NCBI GenBank assembly: GCA_965207595.1
Contig: CBDBMW010000012.1
Span: 1,154,462 to 1,218,461, forward strand
Origin: Vicinamibacterales bacterium
GTDB taxonomy: Bacteria; Acidobacteriota; Vicinamibacteria; Vicinamibacterales; UBA8438
Direction of reading: 5' to 3'
Length of the DNA stretch: 64,000 nucleotides
The notes below the pieces were generated by a model. It worked only from the letters and a program-made list of their open reading frames with translations, did no database searches and had not been told where the DNA came from. Position 1 is the first letter of the stretch. Each line of letters opens with the position of its first letter. The translations under genes and the position numbers were made by a program. Positions 8,374 to 17,765 of this stretch are shown here, piece by piece.

Positions 8374-9447
8374 ATGACCGCGGCGAAGATGGCGGCACTC
8401 GGGATGGGCGCGATGATTGCGGCAGGGTGCGGCGCTCCGGCGCCCGAACCGGAGCCGGCCGCCGAGGCCGCGCCGGAGATCCCGCAGTTCGCGGTCACCG
8501 GCGAGCACCCCTGCGACCCCGTCGGGGACGTGCAGTTCCTCTGCGACATGGTCAGCCCCGAGGACATCGCCGTCCTCCCGGGCGCCGAGTGGGCGATCGC
8601 GTCCGGGGCCCGCGAGGGGGGCCGGCTGCACCTCGTGCACGTGGCCGACAAGAGCACGTCGGTGCTGTTCCCGACGCCGGACAGCGCCTCCCGGCTCGAT
8701 GTCGAGGCCTATCCCGACTGCCCCGGCCCGCTCGACCTCGCCAATCCGGACATCTCGCGCCTGCACGGCCTCTACCTCGATCCGGGAGCGGACGACACGC
8801 ACACGCTGCTCGTGGTCCACCACGGCCCGCGGGAGTCGATCGAGTTCTTCGAGGTCGACGCCGGAGACGGGCCGCCCAGCCTGACCTGGACGGGGTGCGC
8901 GGTGGCGCCCGAGGGTGCGACGCTCAACTCCGTGGTCGCCCTGCCGGGCGGCGGCTTCGCCACCACGAACGCCGGGATCGGCGTCTGGGAGTGGCACGCG
9001 GACAGCGGGTGGGAGGTGCTGCCGGAGAGCGAGGACACCGCCGCGAACGGCATCGAGGTGTCGGCCGACGGGGAGCTTCTCTACATCGCCGGCTGGGCCG
9101 AGGAGAAGCTGACGCGGCTGTCGCGCGGCGTCACGCCGGTCCGGAAGGACGTCATCCCGCTCGGGTTTCGGCCCGACAACCTCCGCATGGCCCTCGACGG
9201 CTCGGTGATCTACGCCGCCGGTCACACGGACAAGGACGGGAACTCCATCACCGATCCGCGCGAGCCCACGCTGGAGACGAGCAACGTGGCGGAGATCGAT
9301 CCGGAGACCCTCGAGTTCGAGCGCGTCTTCGTCCACCCCGCCATGCCGGGCTTCATCTCTTCGACGACCGCGATCCGGATCGGAGACGAGCTGTGGCTCG
9401 GCTCGTACCGCGGAGACCGGCTGGCCTACGTCCCGGTGCCGGAGTAG
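8374..9447 (+). CDS. Lipoprotein, beta-propeller (SMP-30/gluconolactonase/paraoxonase-like)
   Basis: A GGAGGAGGA Shine-Dalgarno sequence sits 4 nt before the ATG at 8374. It has a lipobox (MIAAGC). The ANGIEVSADGELLYIAGWAEEKLTRL block resembles SGL/arylesterase propellers. Confidence 0.65.
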   Translation: MTAAKMAALGMGAMIAAGCGAPAPEPEPAAEAAPEIPQFAVTGEHPCDPVGDVQFLCDMVSPEDIAVLPGAEWAIASGAREGGRLHLVHVADKSTSVLFPTPDSASRLDVEAYPDCPGPLDLANPDISRLHGLYLDPGADDTHTLLVVHHGPRESIEFFEVDAGDGPPSLTWTGCAVAPEGATLNSVVALPGGGFATTNAGIGVWEWHADSGWEVLPESEDTAANGIEVSADGELLYIAGWAEEKLTRLSRGVTPVRKDVIPLGFRPDNLRMALDGSVIYAAGHTDKDGNSITDPREPTLETSNVAEIDPETLEFERVFVHPAMPGFISSTTAIRIGDELWLGSYRGDRLAYVPVPE

Positions 9448-9562
9448 CGCCGGGACGGGCGCGTCCACTTCCGTCCGCACCCAGGAAGGTCGGTCCGGGA
9501 GCGGACGACCTGGGCACGCCCGCGGCCGCTGGCACTCTGCCGCCACCGCGGGCGGCGCCCCG

Positions 9563-11212
9563 TCACTGAGCCCGCCCTCCCGAAGAGCCGGCGCTGGCGA
9601 CGCGCGTCTCCGCCGCGCCGCCGGCGCCCGCGATCAGCCGTTTCTTCAGGGACGTCAGCGTGCGCTGCATCGACTCGCGGGCCGCGCTCTCGATGAGCGG
9701 CTTGACCATCCAACGCACGAGCGAAGGAATGGAGCGGCTGAGGGTGATCGACTCGCACTCGACGATCACGCCGCCGGGGACCTCCTCGTAGCGCCAGTAG
9801 GAATTGAGGCGCCAGAGGAAGCCCCGGTCGACGCCGACGGGCTTCTCGCGCTCGTCCGGCGTTCCGGCTTCCTCGAGCTCGGCAATCCGCGTCGCGACGC
9901 TGCGGCTCGAGGCGCGCCCGGCCGTGTGCCTTGCGTAGCGCATCTCGTGCTCGGTGTTGAAGTGCACGGTGACGAACTTCTTCCGGCGCAGCTTCAGGAA
10001 GACGCGAACGCGGTCGGCGTCGCGCTCGAGCACGCGCGACTCGATGAGGTCCTCCTGCAGGTCCTCCTGGCGGAGCGGACTCCGGACGCCGTCGAGCACG
10101 TCGTCGAGCGTGACGCCGGGAACGAAGATGCTGCCGCGCCAGTGGTGGATCGCTCCCTTCGGCACGTCGATCTTCCGGCCGGCCGGACCGTGCGAGCGCA
10201 TCCGGGCCACGGGCACCTCGCCCTCGAGGACCGCGCGCCGCCCGGCCTCCGCGTCCGGGTCGAAGTCCTGCACCAGGAAGCCGCCGCCCGCGGAGAGCTC
10301 CCGCGCGATTCTCCGTTCGGTGGACGCGACGTAGTCGTTCCAGGCGGTCACCGTCCGGGGATGGAGCTCCGCCGCGCTCGCGGGCGCACCGGCGGCGGTG
10401 ATGCCGCCCAGGGTCAATGCCAGGACCGTGGCCGAGGCAAGCGCCTTGGACTGCGTGGTTCGGCCGCCCGTCGCGCGCTGGCCGGACACCGAGTCGCCAG
10501 CCCCCGCGGGTTGCGCGTGACGGCGCGGCGCCTCGGGCCGCGGAACCGGCTCGGCACGGTAGAGCGCGAGCGTGTTGCGCACCGCCGAGAGCACGAACGC
10601 GCCGCACATCCCGGCCGTGGCCACGACGCCCCCGACGTCGAACAGCAGGTACTCGGAGCCGGCCAGCACCACCCTCGGCTTGTAGTAGAGATACAGGGTC
10701 CCGAACGCCAGCAGGATGCGGAGCTCGGTCGGGCCCACCTTGAACATCGCCATCTGGAAGACGCCGCGGGCGTGGGTCGCCAGGTAGGCCTCGGCGGAGA
10801 TCATCAGGTAGGCGACGGTCAGCGCCAGCGCCACCTCGAGGGTCATGTACGGCGACAGGCCGAGGCCCCCGAACAGCATCACGGCTCCCGCGACGTCGAT
10901 GACGTGGTCGACGTAGAAGCCGTACATCGGCCGCTGCTGGTTGCGCACGCGGGCGAGCGTGCCGTCGAGGCTGTCGCCGAACCAGTTCACGGCCAGCGCG
11001 ACGACGACGACGACCAGGGCGACGTCGAACCAGTGCGACGCCCAGAACGCGGCGCCCGCGAGCGCCATGCCGGCGAGACCGAGGATGCTCAGGTGATCCG
11101 AGTTAACCGCGCGGGGCAGCCGCTCGGCGATCCATACGAGGGTCCGCTTCTCGACCTGCGCGAGAAGGCTCCCGTGCTCGCGGACGTGACCGTGTGTGGT
11201 GTTCGCGCTCAT
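9563..11212 (-). CDS. CDP-alcohol phosphatidyltransferase fused to a C-terminal SRPBCC/START-like domain
   Basis: The N-terminal half has the CDP-OH-P-transferase motif DSLDGTLARVRNQQRPMYGFYVDHVIDV and multiple TM segments. After a signal/TM-like stretch (ALASATVLALTLGGITAAGAPASA) comes a ~270-aa soluble domain with no intervening stop. Confidence 0.75.
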   Translation of the reverse strand: MSANTTHGHVREHGSLLAQVEKRTLVWIAERLPRAVNSDHLSILGLAGMALAGAAFWASHWFDVALVVVVVALAVNWFGDSLDGTLARVRNQQRPMYGFYVDHVIDVAGAVMLFGGLGLSPYMTLEVALALTVAYLMISAEAYLATHARGVFQMAMFKVGPTELRILLAFGTLYLYYKPRVVLAGSEYLLFDVGGVVATAGMCGAFVLSAVRNTLALYRAEPVPRPEAPRRHAQPAGAGDSVSGQRATGGRTTQSKALASATVLALTLGGITAAGAPASAAELHPRTVTAWNDYVASTERRIARELSAGGGFLVQDFDPDAEAGRRAVLEGEVPVARMRSHGPAGRKIDVPKGAIHHWRGSIFVPGVTLDDVLDGVRSPLRQEDLQEDLIESRVLERDADRVRVFLKLRRKKFVTVHFNTEHEMRYARHTAGRASSRSVATRIAELEEAGTPDEREKPVGVDRGFLWRLNSYWRYEEVPGGVIVECESITLSRSIPSLVRWMVKPLIESAARESMQRTLTSLKKRLIAGAGGAAETRVASAGSSGGRAQ

Positions 11213-11363
11213 TGCTCAAGTCCTCCTCCGGCGGCGGCCCCCGCCGCCAGCCACTGGAGAGTGCGCGCTTCGATCGATCTTCGGCTCACGGGCGAGTCGA
11301 CGGCGCTTGTCTGCGCCTGCGCGAAGCTCCTGCGTCGCCGCCGGTCGGGCAGCGACTCACGGC

Positions 11364-12656
11364 TCACTCTACCCGCCGCCGGGGCACGCGGCGCACGGGC
11401 GCGGACACGCGCGTATCCCCGCGGGGGCTTGCGAGCCGCCGCTCCAGGGCGGTGAATGCCTCGATCAGTTCCGGGGCCTCGAAGGCGCGATTGCGCCGCC
11501 CGACGTTCACCTGGACGAGCACGCCGGCTTCCCGAAGCCGCTCGACGGCGTGGGCGGTGGCCTGGAACGACCGACCGATCAGTTGCGCAGCCGTAGTGGT
11601 CGTGAGCATCGGCGCCGCGGGCAGCGCGTCGATGAGCCTGTGTACGGAAGAATCGCGGCGGACGGTACCAACTCGCTCGCGCCACGACGACTGCATTGCG
11701 CGCACGCCGGCCTCGAACCGGCCAGCGTCCTCTGTCGACCGGCGGCACGCTGCAGCGAAGAGTGCGACCCAGCGGTTGAGCCCCTCCAGCGCCTCGGCAG
11801 AGTCCGCCTCACCGACGTGGCGCGTCCCCGTCAACGCGGCAACGTAGTCCCGTGACCAGGTCGCCAGAATCAGGGAGACCGGCGGGAAGACACGCAGCCC
11901 GAGCCCGCGCCGGCGCAGGATGAGGGGGATCAACGCCCGCCCCACGCGCCCGTTGCCGTCCACGAAGGGGTGAATGGTCTCGAACTGTGCATGCGCGATC
12001 GCTGCCTGCGCCAGAGTCGGGAGTGTGGCGTCGTTCAGAAAGGAGACCAGGTCGCTCAGCAGGCGGTCCATCGCTTCCGGAGGCGGCGGCACGAACTCCG
12101 CCGAGCAGGGATGGTAGCTGCTGCCCCCGATCCAGTTCTGGACGGTGCGGACGAGGCCCCCGTGGACCGCCAGGCGTGTCCCGGTCACGAGGCGGCGGTG
12201 CACCTCGAGCAGTACTTCGAGGGTGATCGAACCGCCCGGCTCGACCGCTTCCACGCCCCAAGCCATGGCGTCGATGTTGCCGAGGACCTCCAGAGCAGTT
12301 GCGTCCCGGTTCGCTTCGCCGAGTCGTCGCGCCGTTTCGGCGCGGAGCAGACGCCGGCCGCCCACCTCGAGGCCCTCGATGTGTGACGAAGCCACGGACT
12401 CCGCGCGAAGGAGCAGGCGAGCGAACGCCTCGGTCCCGCCGAGGGCGGTCGCGGTCGCATCGAGCCTCACCAGCGCAGCCTCCGCGTCGGCAACGTCCGC
12501 CGCGACATCGCCGTCGAGAACGAACCGGCGACCGGCCAACGGATCGGGCAGATAGACCGAGTACAGGCAGGGCCGCCGGTCGCGCCGGGCGAGGCCGGCC
12601 GGGTCGCCCTCCCAGCGCCGCTCCTCCAAGCGTGCCATGTCCTGCTTCCAGATCAA
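11364..12656 (-). CDS. Fic-family protein (AMPylase-type) with an N-terminal inhibitory-helix motif and a C-terminal wHTH
   Basis: It has the catalytic motif HPFVDGNGRVGR and the upstream SSHIEG ([ST]xxxE[GN]) autoinhibition motif. An alternative start lies at 12638. Confidence 0.9.
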   Translation of the reverse strand: MIWKQDMARLEERRWEGDPAGLARRDRRPCLYSVYLPDPLAGRRFVLDGDVAADVADAEAALVRLDATATALGGTEAFARLLLRAESVASSHIEGLEVGGRRLLRAETARRLGEANRDATALEVLGNIDAMAWGVEAVEPGGSITLEVLLEVHRRLVTGTRLAVHGGLVRTVQNWIGGSSYHPCSAEFVPPPPEAMDRLLSDLVSFLNDATLPTLAQAAIAHAQFETIHPFVDGNGRVGRALIPLILRRRGLGLRVFPPVSLILATWSRDYVAALTGTRHVGEADSAEALEGLNRWVALFAAACRRSTEDAGRFEAGVRAMQSSWRERVGTVRRDSSVHRLIDALPAAPMLTTTTAAQLIGRSFQATAHAVERLREAGVLVQVNVGRRNRAFEAPELIEAFTALERRLASPRGDTRVSAPVRRVPRRRVE

Positions 12657-12742
12657 GGATAGCGCGCATCCTTGAATAACAGTGGCGCCAATTCAAGGTT
12701 GGCCCACGTCGTGCGGCCGAGTCGTGGGAGGTCACGGCGCGG

Positions 12743-13153
12743 TCACGACGTCGATCCGACCGTCTCCTGCACCACCCCCGCGTCGAACGCCAAGCGGTCG
12801 CGCACGAGCTCCGCCTCGCGGTACGGCCGCTCGTAGCTCCACGCCGCGTCGCGCACCTCGCCGTCGGGGCCGAGGATGACGTAGTAGGTGGCGAGCCCCT
12901 TGAAAGGGCAGAACGTCGTCTTCTCCGCCTTCGCCAGGCGGGTCATGTCGACGCCGGCGCGGGAGAGGTAGTAACGCGTGGGATACCCGTTCTCCTCGAG
13001 CGCCACGACGTCGGTGGTCGAGGCGATTTCGGTCTCGCCCGCGGCTACGCGCACGCGGACGCGGCGGGGGACGAAGGCGATGCGATGCCCTGGCGCGCGG
13101 GCGTAGCCCGGCGCGGCGGCGCCGCGCGGGATGTCGTTCGGTCTCTCAGCCAT
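12743..13153 (-). CDS. DUF427 domain protein
   Basis: A 136-aa ORF containing YYLSRAGVDMTRL...TFCPFKGLATYY...AWSYERP, characteristic of DUF427. Confidence 0.8.
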   Translation of the reverse strand: MAERPNDIPRGAAAPGYARAPGHRIAFVPRRVRVRVAAGETEIASTTDVVALEENGYPTRYYLSRAGVDMTRLAKAEKTTFCPFKGLATYYVILGPDGEVRDAAWSYERPYREAELVRDRLAFDAGVVQETVGSTS

Positions 13154-13220
13154 TCGTCATTATGGCTTGGTCCGGCCGAGCAGGGAGCCGGCGGGCACCC
13201 GGGCGCCCGCCCCGGCGCGG

Positions 13221-13478
13221 TCATGGAAGCCAGAGGAACCCGGCGAGCAGCACCACGTAGCCGAGCACGTACCAGCGGTAGCGCGCCGCCATCCGCCGCT
13301 CGGCATCGTTGCGGAACCAGGCATTGGTGAAGAGCGCCGCGGTGTCGCGGCCGAACCAGGGCAGGACGTTGATCTTCCAGTCGCTGCGCCGGTAGAGGGT
13401 CGACCGCCAGCGGTACCGCAGCTTCCACAGCGGAATGCCGTAGACCAGCAACGCGACGAAGAGGACGAGCCTCATCAT
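13221..13478 (-). CDS. Small two-TM membrane protein, hypothetical
   Basis: An 85-aa reading from MMRLVLFVALLVYGIPLW... to ...VLGYVVLLAGFLWLP with hydrophobic ends. No family was recognised. Confidence 0.4.
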   Translation of the reverse strand: MMRLVLFVALLVYGIPLWKLRYRWRSTLYRRSDWKINVLPWFGRDTAALFTNAWFRNDAERRMAARYRWYVLGYVVLLAGFLWLP

Positions 13479-13682
13479 GCCCCACGCTCCGCATCGACCG
13501 GCGCGCTCCAGACCCGGCGGGTCGCCGGTCCCACCTCCGACCGTCGGCGCCGCACCGCGTAGCGCAGGAACCCCCTCCCTCCCGCCGCGTCGCTCGCGAC
13601 GGGCCCGCGTTCTTCTATCATCGGCCGAACGGCCGGAAGCGGAACGAAGCCGCGGATCGGCAGCGCGGAAGGGAGCGATGGA

Positions 13683-14639
13683 ATGGGATGGAGAGCCCGA
13701 GGGGCTTGGGGGTTGCTGGTCCTCGCGGCAGCCCTTTGTGGATGCGCGGGGCCGGCAGAGGGCGAGCAGAGCCGGCCGCAGCCGGCCTCGGCACGCTCGG
13801 CGCTGCCGGCCCTGACGGAGGCGGCGGTCGAGGAAGCGCGCCGTCTCGTGCAGCCGACGAACGACCGGCGGGTCGACGCCCTGCTCGAGATGCTGGAGCA
13901 GCGCGGCCTCTCCTACTCCGTGGAGACCTTCCCCGGAATCGGCGCGGAGGGCGATCCGCGCGCGGAGGGGCGCAACGTCGTCGTGTCCTTCGGCGACGGC
14001 ACGCCGGAGGTGATCGTCGGCGCTCACATCGACTCGGTGCGCCTCCCCAGCGGCGAGCTGAGCGACGCGATGGTCGACGACGGGGCCGGCGTGGTGGTGC
14101 TGCTACACGTGGCCGACGCGCTGCGGGACGTCCCGCTCCGCCGGCGGGTGCGCATCGTCTTCTTCGACATGGAGGAGATCGGCCTCGTCGGCTCCCGGGC
14201 GTTCGTCGCGTCGCTCGACCCGGCGGAGGTCGCGGCGATGGTCAACGTCGACGTCGTCGGCTACGGCGACACGCTCCTCTACGGCCCGCAGGCCACCTCG
14301 CCCGACGGATCGCCCGCGCACCTCCTGCAGCTGGCTTGCGCCCGCCGCGGGATGCCGTGCGTCGGTATGCGGGGGATGCCGCCCGGCGACGACCGGAGCT
14401 TCCTGCAGGCCGGGATCCCGACCGTCTCCCTTGGGGTAGTGACCGCCGAGGAAGTCCACCGCCTGTGGCTCTTCCTCCACGGCGACCTGCCGGACGACCT
14501 GCGCGGGCCGCTGGCGCCCGAGGCCCTGCGGATCATCCACACCGAGCGGGACACCGCCGAGCTCCTGGAGCCGGAGGCGATGACGCGGGCGTTCCACACG
14601 GTAGCCGACGTCGTCCTCGACCTCGCCGCCGCACGGTGA
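13683..14639 (+). CDS. M28-family metallopeptidase lipoprotein
   Basis: It has a lipobox (LCGCAG). IVGAHIDSV, DDGAGVVVLLHVA and FFDMEEIGLVGSRAF match the M28 aminopeptidase zinc-ligand blocks. Confidence 0.85.
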   Translation: MGWRARGAWGLLVLAAALCGCAGPAEGEQSRPQPASARSALPALTEAAVEEARRLVQPTNDRRVDALLEMLEQRGLSYSVETFPGIGAEGDPRAEGRNVVVSFGDGTPEVIVGAHIDSVRLPSGELSDAMVDDGAGVVVLLHVADALRDVPLRRRVRIVFFDMEEIGLVGSRAFVASLDPAEVAAMVNVDVVGYGDTLLYGPQATSPDGSPAHLLQLACARRGMPCVGMRGMPPGDDRSFLQAGIPTVSLGVVTAEEVHRLWLFLHGDLPDDLRGPLAPEALRIIHTERDTAELLEPEAMTRAFHTVADVVLDLAAAR

Positions 14640-14766
14640 CGCCGACCCGGCACCGCGACCGCAGGTGACGGGCGACCTCGGCCCGGGACCGGCTTCCGCG
14701 CCGGGGAACGCCCGCCCACCACGCGTCCCGCACGCCCGCCGGACCCCAGCGCCGTCAGGGCGACGG

Positions 14767-16154
14767 CTACCGGAGCACGGCGGGCGACGACGCGCCCTTC
14801 AGGAGGAGCGCCGGCGTCCCGCTGCCGTCGGCCGGGACCTGCCAGACGTCGGTCACCATCGGGGTGGGCGCAGACCGGTCCGGAATGGCATAGAGGACCG
14901 TCGCGTCGTTCAGCCACTCGGCCTGATCGTCGACCGACCGGAGCTCGGCGAGCGGCGTGACCGCGCGCGACCGCAGATCCAGGACGTGAAGCCGCCAGCC
15001 GAAGCCGAACCCGAGCGGTACGCGTCGCTTGAACACGATGCGCGTCTGGTCCGGCGACAACGACGGGCACTCGATACCTTCGAGCACGACGTCCACCCGG
15101 CGTGTCGAGACACGCCCCTCGACGAGGTGCGTCATTCCGCCGGTTCCCAGCGTGGCGTAGAAGCGGTCGCTGTCGGCCGCGAAGGTGACACCCCAGAAGT
15201 TGAATCGACGGCCCGGAACGGCGCGCCGTCGCGGCGCACCTCGAGCTCCTCGAGGTTGGCGATGCGCCGCTCGCCGGAGTGGGTGTCGACGATGCTGGTC
15301 TCGGTGGAGAAGCCTTCGTCGAGATAGGAGTGGCCCGACACGAACACCGTCACCGCGGCCAGCCGGCCGTCCGGCGCGAGGCGCACCCGGCTGGGGACGC
15401 CGTGCAGCGGCAGCCGGTGCAGCGGATCGAACGCCCCGTCGAACACCATGATGGAGTGCGTCGCGTAGAAGCGGTCGGTGGTCAGGCAGACGCCGCGCTC
15501 CCCCGCGAAGTCGACCCGGTCGCAGCGCAGGGGCGTCGCGCGGCGCCCCTCGTCCGCCGCTCCCACCCGCTCCACGCTGGCCACGCCGAAGCTCTCGTCC
15601 AGCCCCGTGTGCCGGAAGAGAAGGTCGCGTCCGACGTCGGAGCCGCCGTCGACCGCGCCTTCGGCCGCGTCGTTCGCGGCGGCCGCCCGACCGGCTGCAC
15701 CCGACGCCGGACGATCTGCTGCAGGCGCCCGACCGTGGTCCGGCGCCGGCCGTTCCCCTCCCGTCGCCGGACCGGGATCCGGCTCGCGCGTGGGCGGCGC
15801 CGGACCTGGCGGCCCTTCTTCCGGCCGCCGAGCCGCTGATTGGCGCGCCCCCGGTGGACCGTCCCGCGGCGTTGCCCGCGGCGTTGGGGAAGGCTCGCCT
15901 GCCGTTGGCGCGGGAGCCTCCCCCCCGAGTGGCGCCTCGAGCTCGGCCAGACTGCCGATCGGCGGCAGGGCGGCGTCCTGCACGAAGCTCGCACGGCGAG
16001 CCGTCGACCACCAGGCGTAGCCCGCCGCCAGTGCGAGGGAGGCGACGCACAGGAGGAGGAAGGCCACCACCCGGCTCGAGGCGACCCCCACCCGCGCGGC
16101 GCGTGTCCGGCGCCCCGGGGGCCGGCCCGGTCGATCCTCGGTCGGAGTGGTCAT
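14767..16154 (-). pseudogene. Membrane-anchored beta-propeller (TolB/WD40-like) protein with a 1-nt frameshift near 15200-15206
   Basis: The N-terminal part reads in the frame of ORF 15132..16571 (MTTPTEDRP..., TM anchor, Pro-rich linker, ...LEVRRDGAPFRAVD). The protein-like sequence then continues in the frame of ORF 14767..16254 (FNFWGVTFAADSDRFYATL...CPSLSPDQTRIVFKRR...). The junction is gccgtcgaTTCaac. The ATG overlaps the MFS stop (ATGA). Confidence 0.7.
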
Positions 16155-17566
16155 CGTCCCGGGGCGCGGCCGGCGTCCCGCAGAACGACCACCGCGATCG
16201 CGATCGCCGTCCCGAGGCCGACGAGGAACACCGGAACCGCAGTCTCGACACCATACCGCGTCCAGAGCACGCCGAACAGGACGGAGGCCAGCAACCGGGC
16301 GAGGCTGGTAGCGGTCGTGAGGAGCGCCAGGCCGCTGCCGCGCCGCTCCGGGGGCAGACGGCCGCTCGCGGACGCCATCAGGACGCCGTCCGTGAGCGCG
16401 TAGTGGGCACCCAGCAGGACCAGGCAGCCGGCCACCCCCGGCACGCCGATACCGGACTGCATCACCGCCAGGTAGGCGCCGGCGAGCAGGCCGTAGCCTG
16501 CGAGAAACGCCCGCTGTCGCCCGATGCGATCCGCCAGGCCGCCCGCCGGCACGGCCAGCAGCAGGTAGCATCCCGACGTTCCCACATAGAGCAGGGGGAA
16601 CAGGCCCGGGCTGAAGCCGGCCTCCCTCTGCAGCAACAGGTAGAGGAAGCCGTCGCTGATCGTGACGGCTCCGAGCAGGCTCGCCGCGACCGTGAGGCGC
16701 AGCAGTGCGGGGTCCGCCAGGATGCGGCGAGCGGCGGCGAGGGGCGCAGTGGCGCGCGGCTGGTCAGCAGCCGGCGCGGCGGCGTCCGGCGGCGCGGCGG
16801 CGTCCGGCAGCGCGGCGGCGTCCGGCGGGACAGGCGGCGCGGCGGCGGGAGGTCCGCCGGCGAGCGGCGCACCGGCGCGGGGCGGGCCACTGAGCGAGCG
16901 CCCCGGGGCCGGCGTCGAGGTGGCTGGCCGTTCCACGTTGGCGACGAAGAGCGCCAGCACGCCCAGGCCGACCAGCGCCGCGCTGAAGCTCGTGACGAAG
17001 ACGACGTCGAAGGCGTTCGGGAGGGCGGCGAGGATGGCCAGCGCCACCAGCGGCCCAAGCATGGCGCCGGCGCTGTCGAGGGCGCGGTGCACGCCGAACG
17101 CCGTCGCCAGACCGTCGGGGCGGCTGCTCAGCGAGATGAGCACGTCGCGCGGCACGGCGCGGGCGCCCTTGGCCGCCCGGTCGAGCGCCACCACGCCGGC
17201 GATGAGCGGCCAGGAGGCGCCGGCCGCCAGCAGTCCCAGCCGGCACACGGCGGACGTTCCATAGCCGGCGAACGCGATCTCCTTCGCGCGGCCGCCCCGG
17301 TCCACCGCCACGCCGCTCACCAGGCGCAGCAGCGCCGTCACCCCGTGGTAGAGCCCGTCGACAATCCCGAACTGGAACGGCGTCAGCCCGAGGTAGAGCA
17401 CCAGGTAGACGGGCAGCACGGTGCCGACCATCTCGGACGAGACGTCCGTGAAGAGGCTGGTGAAGCCGAGCGCCCAGACGTTCCGGCGCACGTGCAGCCA
17501 GCGGAAGCCCCCGCCCGCACCGCGCCGGGCCCGCCGCAGCGCCGACCACGCCTCGACCTGGTACAT
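16151..17566 (-). CDS. MFS transporter
   Basis: A 471-aa protein with 12-TM-like hydrophobic periodicity and a long central loop. It is translationally coupled (ATGA) to the downstream gene. Confidence 0.9.
   Translation of the reverse strand: MYQVEAWSALRRARRGAGGGFRWLHVRRNVWALGFTSLFTDVSSEMVGTVLPVYLVLYLGLTPFQFGIVDGLYHGVTALLRLVSGVAVDRGGRAKEIAFAGYGTSAVCRLGLLAAGASWPLIAGVVALDRAAKGARAVPRDVLISLSSRPDGLATAFGVHRALDSAGAMLGPLVALAILAALPNAFDVVFVTSFSAALVGLGVLALFVANVERPATSTPAPGRSLSGPPRAGAPLAGGPPAAAPPVPPDAAALPDAAAPPDAAAPAADQPRATAPLAAARRILADPALLRLTVAASLLGAVTISDGFLYLLLQREAGFSPGLFPLLYVGTSGCYLLLAVPAGGLADRIGRQRAFLAGYGLLAGAYLAVMQSGIGVPGVAGCLVLLGAHYALTDGVLMASASGRLPPERRGSGLALLTTATSLARLLASVLFGVLWTRYGVETAVPVFLVGLGTAIAIAVVVLRDAGRAPGR
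16774..16827. repeat. 18-bp x3 in-frame tandem repeat inside the MFS central loop
   Basis: GCGCGGCGGCGTCCGGCG/A repeated three times. It encodes PPDAAA-type hexapeptides. Confidence 0.9.
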
Positions 17567-17599
17567 CCGCTCGGTGGCGCGCCCTCACGGGCGCGTTGG

Positions 17600-17684
17600 G
17601 GAGTCTGCGCTGGCGGACGTGCCGCACCGCCCGTGCTGCAGTGCAGACTCCTGGCACACTCCTGCGGGCACATCGGGAGTCTGC
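17600..17684. repeat. REP-like palindromic element(s) of the GGAGTCYGC family
   Basis: GGAGTCTGC (17600-17608) pairs perfectly with GCAGACTCC (17643-17651). A third copy of GGAGTCTGC sits at 17676-17684. The site is 3' of the 17766..20198 gene. Confidence 0.6.
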
Positions 17685-17765
17685 GCCGGCACGAACTGCT
17701 CGGCGCGCTCTGCGACGCACACCCCGGCGCGCTGGCGCGAGTTCAGCCGCTACGCGCGCAGGACG

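Noticed and set aside
9470-9515. A terminator hairpin between the convergent lipoprotein and phosphatidyltransferase genes.
   Set aside because: The complementary blocks (GTCCGC/GCGGAC and CCCAGG/CCTGGG) are interleaved rather than nested, so they do not form one clean stem-loop. There is no U-tract.
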